DNA of 63,308 nt, the filler included. It is 4 parts of 4 records of this genome, joined end to end, with 100 filler letters (N's around TTAATTAATTAA, not from the genome) between each part and the next. Parts side by side here need not be neighbours in the genome. Positions count along the whole stretch, not along the records: positions 34,557 to 56,578 come from DRR723986_5307; 3 more parts are not named here. One strand, 5' to 3'. The notes beneath the pieces are model-generated. The model was not told the DNA's origin, did not search any database, and was given only the letters and a program-made list of their open reading frames with translations. Shown in pieces: positions 39,887-49,694 of the stretch. Position 1 is the stretch's first letter; every line of letters starts with the position of its first letter. Both the position numbers and the translations under genes were made by a program.

Positions 39887-40785
39887 GCCATCCCTGCCAC
39901 AGAACGAGAGCCTAGAGTGTTCGATGAGGGCTCAAGAACCCCTTCGCTTTCCAGAACCTGGCTCATGGTGGTAAACCGGAAATCCGACAGCAACTTGGTC
40001 AATCGCTGTTCACATACGTCAAGGTTGTTGTAATGACGGAAACGGGAGAACCATTTTACCTCTAGCCTGGGTTGCCCCGGGTCGATTTCCCAGGGATGCA
40101 GATAGAATACAAATGGCCGTTGCTGACGATTGATGCTGCCCAGGCCCCAGCGGCTGAACCAATACGGAAACAACCGGAAGTACCCCCCACCTGCGATAGG
40201 TAGCGTGTAGCCCGGGAACTGCAACGTGCTGAGAGGGAACTCGGCAAGCTCATAGCCCTTATCAGTAGTCAACCGGTGGGGCCAACGGGGTGTTCCCGGC
40301 ATTCCATAACGGTCGTGGTGAACCGGGAAGATAGATGAATCCCAGGTAAACCCCTCTTCCGCCAGAATATCGAGCGCCCAGCGGGACTGGTTCGTGATGG
40401 AGTAACTCGCAGCCCGATACCCCGTAATGGGCTCTCCGGTAATGTCTTCGAGAATCTGTTTGGATCTGCGAGTCTCTTCCCGGAAAACCTCTGGTGTCTG
40501 GTTGTAGATAAGCTGATGACTGTAGCCATGGCTGGCAACCTCATGCCCGGCAGTCTGGATTGCTTTCACAAGCGAAGGAGACTTGTTTGCGACCCAACCC
40601 AATGTGAAGAACGTAGCTTTACATTGTTGGTTGTCGAGTAATTCCAATAGTCGATTTACATTGGCCTCCACCCGGTATTCCATGGCGTGCCACTCGTCAC
40701 GGTTGACGGCCTCTGCCAACGCCGCTACCTGAAAGTAGTCTTCGACATCGATGGTCAATGCGTTAGAAATCGAATACTTGGTCAT
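39883..40785 (-). CDS. XrtA-system polysaccharide deacetylase
   Basis: NALTIDVEDYFQV, ATFFTLGW, HEVASHGYSH, GYRAASYS, GGGYFRLFPY, FYLHPWEIDPGQPR. Confidence 0.9.
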   Translation of the reverse strand: MTKYSISNALTIDVEDYFQVAALAEAVNRDEWHAMEYRVEANVNRLLELLDNQQCKATFFTLGWVANKSPSLVKAIQTAGHEVASHGYSHQLIYNQTPEVFREETRRSKQILEDITGEPITGYRAASYSITNQSRWALDILAEEGFTWDSSIFPVHHDRYGMPGTPRWPHRLTTDKGYELAEFPLSTLQFPGYTLPIAGGGYFRLFPYWFSRWGLGSINRQQRPFVFYLHPWEIDPGQPRLEVKWFSRFRHYNNLDVCEQRLTKLLSDFRFTTMSQVLESEGVLEPSSNTLGSRSVAGMA

Positions 40786-42290
40786 GGCGCTTGCATCGCC
40801 TCCGTTTTTTCCTGCAAAGAACAACGGTGAAGCTTTACCGCTACATTGCTGTATACGCTCTCACACGGGCCTACGGTAGATTCAACTTGTTCTCTATACT
40901 GTTCCAGCTTCCTACCTTCCGTTTCTGAGAGATGGGTCGTCACCAACCAAATCGTCCGGTAGCTATCGAGGCCGCTCAACTCAACGGGATACTCATCCGT
41001 GGTTTTGAAATAGTTTTCTGGCACTAACTCGAACGGCAACGACTTCAAACCACAATCAAGCGGAGCCTGCTTCTGGTAATAATTGATGGCCGCCTGCCCT
41101 CTTGGGCTCATGTAAAGCACTGCCTGATCGGTAGAGCAATGCTCTGTGAGGTAACGAAACACGCCTGCCCAACGATTCGGTTCGCGATGTGTATAAGCGT
41201 GAGCAGACACCGCCAGGAACAGCATCGCCAGCGCCATCGGTGCCAAAGCCCAGGAACGGAACACCTTTGCGGCTCCGATAGCCCCGAGCATCAAATAAAA
41301 CGGCATGAACGGTGTGAAAAAGCGCGTGGAGAAAACCGGCTCAATCTGAGAAACCAGAAATACAATCCCGACAGGCACCACAGCGATGACGAGCGCACTA
41401 ATCCATAGTTGAAGCGGTCTGTTTCCCCTGAGTTTTGCTCCACCCTCGTAATACAGAAGCCATAACAAGCCGATCAGTATCAGACCACCTAAAGCAAGCA
41501 GCAACCCAAAGCGCACCAGGTCACTGGCCTCCGGCGCGGCTCCGGAATAATCAAAACCAAGATAAACCAGAGATCTCAGGTTGGGGGTGGTCAGCCACGC
41601 CAGTTGGCCACTTTCCTTGAACACCACAAACGCAAGAATGGGAAGAAAACTCAGTCCGATGAGAATGTGGGCGCCCAACCACTTACCCACATCCCCACGC
41701 CCCTTCAATGAAGGTAAGGCCATTAGGCCGAGGCAAAATATGCCAAGCGCGATAAAAAAATGGGTATGTACTGCAAATACCCCCGCTAATGCGTACCACA
41801 ACCAATATCCTCGATTACCGTCCAGTACGATGCGAGTCCAGCAGAACCACATGAGGGCCATGAACAACAGGGCAAGAGCATAGCCCCGAATCTCGACACT
41901 GTAGCGGGCAAGATAGAAATGACAGAGGCTAAGAGCCAGGAATGAAAACGCAGCTCTTACGCCAAAATAATTACGTATCGGCAGGAACATTAGCCAGAGC
42001 GCGCCGGAAAAACACACCAGGGAAAATAGCCGAAGGAAAAGCTCTGATTCTGCGGCTATGCTCCAGATCTTGAGCAGGATGTAATACAGAGCCATGTTCG
42101 CTTCATATCGGGAAATGAAGTGAAACAAATCGCCCCAATTCAGATTGATAAAATAGGTCGTCAGCGCTTCGTCAAACCAGACACCCTCGCTGAGGCTGTA
42201 GTTAAGGCCATAAAACAAACATAGGCCGACCGACACCAGCAAGGCAACAAACCACAGGTTTCTCTCGGCAACGGATAGCTGGGAGGTCAT
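40782..42290 (-). CDS. Polytopic GT-C-fold glycosyltransferase (PMT/ArnT-like; GtrC role)
   Basis: WFDE motif after TM1, LYYILLKIW, EIRGYAL, many TM helices, soluble C-terminal tail. Confidence 0.72.
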   Translation of the reverse strand: MTSQLSVAERNLWFVALLVSVGLCLFYGLNYSLSEGVWFDEALTTYFINLNWGDLFHFISRYEANMALYYILLKIWSIAAESELFLRLFSLVCFSGALWLMFLPIRNYFGVRAAFSFLALSLCHFYLARYSVEIRGYALALLFMALMWFCWTRIVLDGNRGYWLWYALAGVFAVHTHFFIALGIFCLGLMALPSLKGRGDVGKWLGAHILIGLSFLPILAFVVFKESGQLAWLTTPNLRSLVYLGFDYSGAAPEASDLVRFGLLLALGGLILIGLLWLLYYEGGAKLRGNRPLQLWISALVIAVVPVGIVFLVSQIEPVFSTRFFTPFMPFYLMLGAIGAAKVFRSWALAPMALAMLFLAVSAHAYTHREPNRWAGVFRYLTEHCSTDQAVLYMSPRGQAAINYYQKQAPLDCGLKSLPFELVPENYFKTTDEYPVELSGLDSYRTIWLVTTHLSETEGRKLEQYREQVESTVGPCESVYSNVAVKLHRCSLQEKTEAMQAP

Positions 42291-43270
42291 TTTACCGATT
42301 CCCCGGCCGCTGCAATGACCGAAGTCTTGCGTTCAGCCTCGCGACCTCGCACGTGCTCTTGAATCAGGTAGAGTGGACGTCGCTTGGTCTCATCAAACAT
42401 CCGCCCAAGATATTCTCCCAACACACCGAGGAACATCAGCTGGATCCCGCCAATAAAAAGAATAACTGTCATGAGCGATGGATAACCTGGTACCGGATCG
42501 CCCCAGAGCAGGGTTTTGACAACAACATAGGCTCCATAAACGAACGAGCCGAAGGCCAACAAGACACCGATATAGGAGGCCAGTTTCAGCGGAAGCGTGG
42601 TAAACGACGTAATACCGTCCAGGGCGAAATTCCAGAGCTTCCAGTAATTGAATTTGGTATCACCCGCATGTCGAGGATCACGTGAGTATTTCAGCGCAAC
42701 CTGTGGGTAGCCGATCCACGAAAAAAGACCTTTCATAAAGCGGTTTGATTCCGGCAGGCTCTTCAACGCATTGACCGCCCGACGACTCAGTAATCGAAAA
42801 TCGCCGGTATCGCGAGGAATCGAGAATCGCCCAACGCGAGCCATTAATCGGTAAAAAACGCTGGCGGTTGCTTTCTTCGCGAACGATTCGCCGTGACGTT
42901 CCGTTCTCTGGCCATAGACGGTGTCGTAGCCTTGTCGCCAAAGCTTGAGCATGTCTGGAATGAGTTCAGGGGGATCCTGCAGGTCTGCATCGATAATAAT
43001 GACCGCATCGCTATCGACATGATCCAGGCCAGCGGTCAGCGCCGCTTCCTTTCCGAAATTCCGGGAGAGCCTTAGCAGGGAAACGCGAGGATCATCCTGA
43101 ATCAGGTCGTGAACCAATTCGATGGACCTGTCCGAGCTACCGTCATCAACAAATAACAACTCGAAACGGGTACCCTCCAACGTTTCACAAACATCGACTG
43201 TTCTGCGATAGAACTCGCCTATTACAGCCTCCTCATTGTAAACCGGCACTAAAACAGTCAAAGAATCCAT
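42287..43270 (-). CDS. GtrB-type polyprenol-phosphate glycosyltransferase (GT2)
   Basis: VPVYNEE, FVDDGSSD, SRNFGKEAAL, IDADLQDPP, TGDFRLL, two C-terminal TMs, GEYLGR..ETKRRPLY. Confidence 0.92.
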   Translation of the reverse strand: MDSLTVLVPVYNEEAVIGEFYRRTVDVCETLEGTRFELLFVDDGSSDRSIELVHDLIQDDPRVSLLRLSRNFGKEAALTAGLDHVDSDAVIIIDADLQDPPELIPDMLKLWRQGYDTVYGQRTERHGESFAKKATASVFYRLMARVGRFSIPRDTGDFRLLSRRAVNALKSLPESNRFMKGLFSWIGYPQVALKYSRDPRHAGDTKFNYWKLWNFALDGITSFTTLPLKLASYIGVLLAFGSFVYGAYVVVKTLLWGDPVPGYPSLMTVILFIGGIQLMFLGVLGEYLGRMFDETKRRPLYLIQEHVRGREAERKTSVIAAAGESVK

Positions 43271-43283
43271 TCTCGGCGCTCGC

Positions 43284-43679
43284 TTACGTCCCAAAGGTCC
43301 AGGACTTATTGAGTAAAAAAGTAATCAGAAACACCAATCCCGTGGCAAAAACCTGAGCGACAAAGTATTGCAGGGCGAGAAGGCTATTTAGAACAAACAT
43401 CGCCGCCAGGTTGATGCAAAAACCAACTACAGCAATAATCGAAAACTTCATCGCTGTATGCCCGTAGCTTCTTCCGCGTGCATCAAACACGAATCGGCGA
43501 TTCAGCTCGTGATTCACTATCGCGCCGAGAAAAAAACCCATGGACGTTGCGCTCAGCACAGACAGCCCAAACAGCTCCACGGCGCCCAATAGCATCATGT
43601 AGTGAGCCAAAGTTCCTACTACGCCCGCGGCTCCATAACGAAAGAGAGCCGCCACGTTGCTCTGCGTGCCCAATAGCAT
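43284..43679 (-). CDS. GtrA-family flippase-like protein
   Basis: 131 aa, 4 TMs, FRYGAAGVVGT, NHELNRRFVF, FLLNKSWTF. Confidence 0.85.
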   Translation of the reverse strand: MLLGTQSNVAALFRYGAAGVVGTLAHYMMLLGAVELFGLSVLSATSMGFFLGAIVNHELNRRFVFDARGRSYGHTAMKFSIIAVVGFCINLAAMFVLNSLLALQYFVAQVFATGLVFLITFLLNKSWTFGT

Positions 43680-43689
43680 GTATCCCGGC

Positions 43690-44976
43690 TCACCTCAGTT
43701 GGTATTCCATCCCTAACAATACCCAGCTCTCATCATATTCCCGACTTGTATCGTCGCTGGATTTTTTATCGTGCCCGGCTCTGGCTAACAAGCTCAGATC
43801 TCGGTTTACCTGCTGTTCAGCCCCTATAGCAATCCGGGCCACTTCGTCCTCACTATCGTCACGCTCATACCTTAGGTGATCAAAGCCCAGCGCCAGGTAG
43901 CCAGTAGTGCGTTCCGACATTCGGCGAGAATAGCGGACATTTACACCCACTTTGTCTTCTTTCTCCGCACTCTCAAGGTAATCCGCGCGATAGGCATAAA
44001 GGTCAAAATTCAATGAAGAGGCATCTGAAAACTGCTTGTCGAGGCCAGTCGATAGGGAACTGTTTTCCACGGTGATGCTTTCACGGAGGTTGAACTCAAA
44101 CTCTCCGAAACGCAGGTCAAGCGATGACGTCCTATCGGTGAGCTCCCGTGAGGCGTTCAGGTACCATTGGGAAGTCGGATTGATATCCCGGGTCAAGTTG
44201 ATATTGCCAACCAGCCCATCGCTTGATTGAGCGGTATTGGCGTAATCGGTTTCAAGCTCGCTAGCGCCAACAGAACCTGCGATAGAGGTCGTCGTCCACC
44301 GATTCTCAAACGTTACTTGAACACTGCTAACGTCAACCTCTGCACCGTAGTCGAACCTGGTCTCGCTATGGGAAAGACTCAGTCCGGCCGTGAAAGTAGC
44401 GCTTAAACGGTGAATCCAGTCGATAGCACCCGTGTATCGCTCGCTGTCCGTTTCCTCAGGCTCGCTATATTCGGTGTTGGCATAGCGAGCCGAGAGGTTA
44501 AGCCAGTTGGTATCAGTCAACCGCCAGAGGTATTTCGGTCCAGTGCTGAATACGTTTTTCCGCGTTCTGTTATTCGGCGTATCAGTCTGACGGGTGTCCT
44601 GCCTAACCTCCCTCAGCTTGTTACTCACCTCCCAGTAAAACTGGTTGGCGAGCTCGCAATCACCCAGAAAATCCATTTGCGCGAAACTCTCACTATCAAA
44701 GGAGTCCTCCCGCCACCAGGAATAACCCAAGGTGCCCAGAAAATCAGCTTTGCAGTCACCGGGATCGGACTGATAACTGGCAGTAAGGTAGGTACGGCTC
44801 TCAAGATCGTTGTCTTCTTTGGCGTCTGATCTGCGAGCATTGTCTGTGAAGCGGCTGTCCATGCCGAACGTGACCTCTGTTTGAGCAAAAGCCGGAACCG
44901 AATAGGCTCCAACCAGTAACAACAACGGTATCAGCACAACTGCAATTGGCACCTCTACCCTCTGCTGCTCAGCCAT
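43690..44976 (-). CDS. Outer-membrane beta-barrel protein of the EPS locus
   Basis: Signal peptide, alternating beta-strand pattern, aromatic C-terminal strand LLGMEYQLR; position after the kinase homologue. Confidence 0.78.
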   Translation of the reverse strand: MAEQQRVEVPIAVVLIPLLLLVGAYSVPAFAQTEVTFGMDSRFTDNARRSDAKEDNDLESRTYLTASYQSDPGDCKADFLGTLGYSWWREDSFDSESFAQMDFLGDCELANQFYWEVSNKLREVRQDTRQTDTPNNRTRKNVFSTGPKYLWRLTDTNWLNLSARYANTEYSEPEETDSERYTGAIDWIHRLSATFTAGLSLSHSETRFDYGAEVDVSSVQVTFENRWTTTSIAGSVGASELETDYANTAQSSDGLVGNINLTRDINPTSQWYLNASRELTDRTSSLDLRFGEFEFNLRESITVENSSLSTGLDKQFSDASSLNFDLYAYRADYLESAEKEDKVGVNVRYSRRMSERTTGYLALGFDHLRYERDDSEDEVARIAIGAEQQVNRDLSLLARAGHDKKSSDDTSREYDESWVLLGMEYQLR

Positions 44977-45874
44977 TGATCACCGCTCCGACGAACTTAT
45001 CTGGATTGAACGCAGTAGCTGCCTGCTCCGCCTTTGCCGCCGTGATTTTGCCGTGAGGCACTACCAACATGGCGTAGTCGCACAGTTCGGTCAAAATTCG
45101 AGCATCTGGAGATTCGGATATTGGCGCCGTGTCCAGCACAATGAAACGGTCCGGGTAGCGGCGGCGGATTGCTTGCAGGAACTGCCTCATCCGAAAGGAC
45201 GTAAAGAACTCTGCTGGCGTTTCACGGCGACTGCCCGCTGGAATCAGTCTAAGCCTGGGAATACCAGTCGGGTAGAGAATTCGGGAAATGTCGTAGTCCG
45301 GGTCGTCCAGAAAATCTGTTAGTCCGGTTTCTGGCATTACATCCAGCATGGAATGCAACGAGGGTTCGCGCAGGTTGCAGTCGATTATCAAAGCCGTCTT
45401 GGCCTGATCGAATGCAAAAGCTGCCGCGAGATTCATGGCCACAAACGAGGAACCGGCGCCAGCGCTGGCGCCACTCACCACCAGTGTAAAATTATTCCCC
45501 CCGGAAACCTCAAGTAGCTTGGTTCTCAGATCCCGGAAGCGGTTGACAAGTAATCGGTTGTGGGACTCGGGATAGATAATCCTCCGCTCATCCAGATCGT
45601 CATGCGTTAGCTTCCTGGGCTCCTGCATACGCACGATCTGCTTACTGATGACGTACTTATCAACTGCGCCCGGCCCCAACTCCAAAGAGCTCGGCACGAG
45701 CACCCTGGAATCCTCACCATCCCGTTCATCAAGGTCTTGCTTCAGTCTCTCCTTGCGTTTCATCCAAAAGGCATGATCGTCACTGGCAGAGGGCTCTCCG
45801 TTGCGAGACTCCGCTCTTTCTTTCTCGGATTCGGTAGACTCGAAGTCGGGCTGATCATTTCGTTGTTCTGGCAT
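44969..45874 (-). CDS. CpsD/CapB (BY-kinase) homologue with degenerate Walker A
   Basis: FRDLRTKL, VSGASAGAGSSFVAMNLA, IIDCNLREP, IVLDTAP. Confidence 0.8.
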   Translation of the reverse strand: MPEQRNDQPDFESTESEKERAESRNGEPSASDDHAFWMKRKERLKQDLDERDGEDSRVLVPSSLELGPGAVDKYVISKQIVRMQEPRKLTHDDLDERRIIYPESHNRLLVNRFRDLRTKLLEVSGGNNFTLVVSGASAGAGSSFVAMNLAAAFAFDQAKTALIIDCNLREPSLHSMLDVMPETGLTDFLDDPDYDISRILYPTGIPRLRLIPAGSRRETPAEFFTSFRMRQFLQAIRRRYPDRFIVLDTAPISESPDARILTELCDYAMLVVPHGKITAAKAEQAATAFNPDKFVGAVING

Positions 45875-47391
45875 CAGATTACTCCTATTTGAGCTAGTAC
45901 AACGATGGCCACATACACCGCAACAGTGAGTACCGCGAGAACCCCGATCAGCAATGTAACCTTACGATCCCGACGTTTTTCGTAGGGTGTCCGGACTTCT
46001 GGTATCTCAGCAAGAACCGGCAAGCCGATATCCTCTTCCAGTTGTTTTCTGGCACGAATACGGGGGTCGACCTGCAAAAGGCCAGCAACAGCCCCGAAGG
46101 GTGCCGCCAGTCCCAAAAATAGCCCAGCCGCAGCAAACATCGAGAACTGCGGCCCCGAAGGGGTACGAGGGAATTGCGCCGTTTCGTTGATACGATAGTT
46201 CAACCCCTGCCCTTCGATATCCAAATGCATCGAGACCCGTGCTTTTTCACGGCGTTTGAGCAAGTCATCATAAATCTCCCGGTTCACTTCCATATCGCGA
46301 GTGAGCTCGGAATACTGGGCTTTATTTGCCTGAATGCGTTCCATCCGCCTGGCCTGCTGTTCCAGTAGGTAAGTGAGCGACTCGATTCGGGTTTCAACAG
46401 TAGCCATGTCCGCTCTCGTGGTTGAGAGGTTTGCCCGCAGCTCCTGATAGAGCGGGTTCACCGCTTCCTCGCCCTGAAGAGAGTTTGTGTCCGTCGGCTG
46501 ATCAGCAGCCTGATCTCGTTGCTTGCGCAGTTCCGCCAGCTGCTCACGGAGTATCACGATATCCGGGTATGTATCATGATATTGCAACCGCAAGCTGTCC
46601 AAACGCTCCTCAAGGATACGGATACGTTCCCTGTAGGCGTCCTCTGTCCGGCCCTGTCGAATAGTGGGCTGGATACCGGAAAGCTGGCTTTGCAGGGAGC
46701 CAGCACGGGTTTCAAGTTCCTTTTTCTCCAATTCGGCCAGCTCCAACTGATTACGAAGCTGCGCCATGCGTGCATTAGCCTCTTGCTCAGTTCCATCGGT
46801 GTTCTCGGAGAGGAACTCTTTGAGTCGATTTTCGGCCTCAGTCAGTTGCTGCTCGTAACTCTTGACCTGCTTGTCGATGAAGTCGTAGGCGTTGCGGCTC
46901 TCTGCACGCTTGCGCTCCTTGGTTTCTTCAATAAAGACCTGCCCCAACCTCTGAGCGACGCGGAAAGCTTCCAGCTGCGAAGTTGAAGAGAAACCAATGC
47001 TGAAATAGCTATCGCCCCGCGCCCGTACCGACAAACCTGAGCGAATGCTGGCGATCCGGTATTCAAGGGCAGCCGGGTCAGCCGGCGCGTCAGTATAGAT
47101 TTCGGGATCCAACGCCACTTTTTCGATCAGGCTTCGGCTCATCAACAGTTCTTTTGCGGCCGAAGTGCGGTCGCTAATCTCCGTAGCCACGGCTCGCCCT
47201 TCCATCAACGGTGCAATGATATTGCGGTCGTCGACAAAAATGATGGTCTCAGACTGATACTTATAGGGCCATACAAAGCCTGCTCCAAGCACAGCAAAAC
47301 TGACAACCATAAACGCAATGAACGCAAGGCCTTTCCGGCCCCGGACCTCGCGAACGATTTCCTGCGGTAACTGGGATAACGGTAATGCCAT
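45874..47391 (-). CDS. Polysaccharide co-polymerase / chain-length determinant (XrtA-system type)
   Basis: N- and C-terminal TMs flanking long coiled coils; YHDTYPDI; GLPVLAEIP. Confidence 0.88.
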   Translation of the reverse strand: MALPLSQLPQEIVREVRGRKGLAFIAFMVVSFAVLGAGFVWPYKYQSETIIFVDDRNIIAPLMEGRAVATEISDRTSAAKELLMSRSLIEKVALDPEIYTDAPADPAALEYRIASIRSGLSVRARGDSYFSIGFSSTSQLEAFRVAQRLGQVFIEETKERKRAESRNAYDFIDKQVKSYEQQLTEAENRLKEFLSENTDGTEQEANARMAQLRNQLELAELEKKELETRAGSLQSQLSGIQPTIRQGRTEDAYRERIRILEERLDSLRLQYHDTYPDIVILREQLAELRKQRDQAADQPTDTNSLQGEEAVNPLYQELRANLSTTRADMATVETRIESLTYLLEQQARRMERIQANKAQYSELTRDMEVNREIYDDLLKRREKARVSMHLDIEGQGLNYRINETAQFPRTPSGPQFSMFAAAGLFLGLAAPFGAVAGLLQVDPRIRARKQLEEDIGLPVLAEIPEVRTPYEKRRDRKVTLLIGVLAVLTVAVYVAIVVLAQIGVI

Positions 47392-47430
47392 AACTTAATC
47401 CGCCTTTGGGCCCTTTAACTAAAAAACCGC

Positions 47431-48075
47431 TCAGAAACTACGCTCTGGAATAGAAAGAATATCGCCAGGCCGCATGCCATAATTGGTTTCAACCCGGCCT
47501 TTGTTAAGGATGTCGGCCAGTTTTACGGGAATGGCAATTACTTCGCCCTCAAGCTTTCGGTAAAGCATGGAGTTATTAAGTGCTGCGAACTCATTTGCTC
47601 CACCGGCATTCAGAAAGATATCCAGAACCGTCATGCCGCTTTGATGAGGCACCGAAATTGGTTGGCGAACCGCACCGGTTACCCGCACCCGGTCTGTGAA
47701 CTCGTGGCTGCCCATGGAGGTCACCACCACACTCACTTGTGGTTCACGAATGTACTCAGTCAATGATGTACGAATAGAGCTGGCCAACTCTTCGGGCGTA
47801 CGACCGCTTGCCTGTACGTCACCTACCAGCGGCACGGAGATCTTACCGTCAGGTCGAACCGGAACGGAAATGCTGAGATCCTCGTTACGCCACACTGAAA
47901 CTCGCACAACATCGGTTGCGCCCAGTATGTACTGGTCCACGCTGTCCCGGGTATCAACGGCCAGAGCGCGCTGAATCTGTTCTGAAGAGGAAGCGGAAGG
48001 GCCAGCACAACCCGTTACCAAAGCTACTGACATGAGGGACACAATAAGCCCCTGGATGAGATACTTCCGTGACAT
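47431..48075 (-). CDS. Polysaccharide export lipoprotein (Wza/OPX-like)
   Basis: Lipobox VTGC, YILGATDVVRVSVW, VRPDGKISVPLVGDV, MRPGDILSIPE. Confidence 0.92.
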   Translation of the reverse strand: MSRKYLIQGLIVSLMSVALVTGCAGPSASSSEQIQRALAVDTRDSVDQYILGATDVVRVSVWRNEDLSISVPVRPDGKISVPLVGDVQASGRTPEELASSIRTSLTEYIREPQVSVVVTSMGSHEFTDRVRVTGAVRQPISVPHQSGMTVLDIFLNAGGANEFAALNNSMLYRKLEGEVIAIPVKLADILNKGRVETNYGMRPGDILSIPERSF

Positions 48076-48139
48076 CTTTATTCCTCTCTTGTGAGGTCCG
48101 TGCTCTATTCCATGTTCCGGGAACAGCTGACTCCCGAAA

Positions 48140-49552
48140 CTACCTTGACCCTTTTTTGAACAATACCACTTCTACTGTCTGAATTATAATCAACAGATCA
48201 AGAAGTAAACTCTGGTTCTTGATGTAGTAGAGGTCGTAGCGCAGCTTTTCCCGAGTGTCCTCTTCGTTGTCCGCATAGGCGAAACACAATTGAGCCCAAC
48301 CGGTCAGCCCGGGTTTTACCCGGTGCCTTTCTGCATAAAACGGAATCTTTTCAGACAGCTGCTCAACGAACACCGGTCGTTCTGGCCTCGGCCCGACAAA
48401 GGCCATGGTGCCATTCAGTACATTAAAGATCTGTGGCAGTTCATCAATCCGCACCTTACGGATAAATTCGCCAACGCGTGTCACCCGGGTGTCGTTCTTC
48501 CGGGCCCAGACCGCTCCGTTCTTTTCCGCGTTGGTAATCATGGAACGAAACTTGTGCACCTTGAACACCTGGTTGTTCAGGCCTACCCGCTCCTGGCTGT
48601 AAATCACCGGAGCTTTCAGTCCATCCTCCAGTTTGATCGCGATGGCGGTGAGAATCATGATCGGGAACGTGGCCAGCAGGAGCGTACCGGAGGCCAGCAC
48701 GTCCAGCGCCCGCTTGCCAACGCCGTACACCGAAGAAACCGTGAATCCGTCAGAGAACACCAGCCAGCCGCGGGTGATCATCTCCAGAGCCACCTTACGG
48801 GACTCACGCTCATAGAAGCTGGCACCGTCGATGATGTACACACCTTCCATTTTGCATTCCAGAAGGTCTTCCATCGGCAAGCCCCGACGGCGGTCGTCCA
48901 CCGCAACCACAATCTCCCTCACCGGGTGTCGAAGTACATAGTCATGCAACGAGGTTGGCAGGTTAATGAGATACTGCTCATCCACTTCCATCGTGTCATC
49001 CGGCATAGGAACGAAGCCGTCCAGTGAAAATCCTTTGCGGTTGAAGGGGGTGGTCAAATCCTCGAACATCTGTTTTGCCCGGCGCCCGGCACCCAGCACC
49101 AAAACCCGGCGCTTAAACCGGTCCTTGCCTACCACAGCAAAGAACACCACTCGGGCGATGCCCAGCGAAAAAATCGCCAGCACCGTCGCGGATGTCAGTA
49201 ACCCGAAGCTGCCGAGATACCAGAGCCAGTCATCGGCCACGAAATAGGCAAAGCCGTGCAGCGGTATGGCGAGAATCATGGCCATGATGGTGCGTAGCAT
49301 CATGCCGGACATACCATCTTCCACACGGGACTGATGCACGCCCAGGGCGATCATGACGATCAGATTGAACAACGCAAAGATCGTGATGGAAGGGAGGACA
49401 AAAACCAGATTATCGAGGAAGAATTCGAGCTCGCCGAAGAAGCGGAAAAACACCGCCAGTGCGAACGCAAGGCCCATGACGATCAGATCGATCAGGCCGA
49501 GAATAACAAAAGGTAAGTGTATATAGTGTCTGAACAACCTGACGTGGGCCAC
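48140..49552 (-). CDS. Initiating polyprenyl-phosphate sugar phosphotransferase (XrtA/PEP-CTERM-system type)
   Basis: KRALDV, KFRSM, RIDELPQ, VGPRPERP, VKPGLTGWAQ, YDLYYIKN; GTG start after AAGGAG. Confidence 0.93.
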   Translation of the reverse strand: MAHVRLFRHYIHLPFVILGLIDLIVMGLAFALAVFFRFFGELEFFLDNLVFVLPSITIFALFNLIVMIALGVHQSRVEDGMSGMMLRTIMAMILAIPLHGFAYFVADDWLWYLGSFGLLTSATVLAIFSLGIARVVFFAVVGKDRFKRRVLVLGAGRRAKQMFEDLTTPFNRKGFSLDGFVPMPDDTMEVDEQYLINLPTSLHDYVLRHPVREIVVAVDDRRRGLPMEDLLECKMEGVYIIDGASFYERESRKVALEMITRGWLVFSDGFTVSSVYGVGKRALDVLASGTLLLATFPIMILTAIAIKLEDGLKAPVIYSQERVGLNNQVFKVHKFRSMITNAEKNGAVWARKNDTRVTRVGEFIRKVRIDELPQIFNVLNGTMAFVGPRPERPVFVEQLSEKIPFYAERHRVKPGLTGWAQLCFAYADNEEDTREKLRYDLYYIKNQSLLLDLLIIIQTVEVVLFKKGSR

Positions 49553-49694
49553 GTCGACTCCTTGTGCGGTTCACACTGCCGTACTGCAAGCATCCTTTGC
49601 TACACACTGTAACAAACCGTTACAGGATTGTACTGCAATTCATTGAAACTTCAATGTGGGCCATTCGCCCATTTCGTTCAATTGCAAAAAAGTT

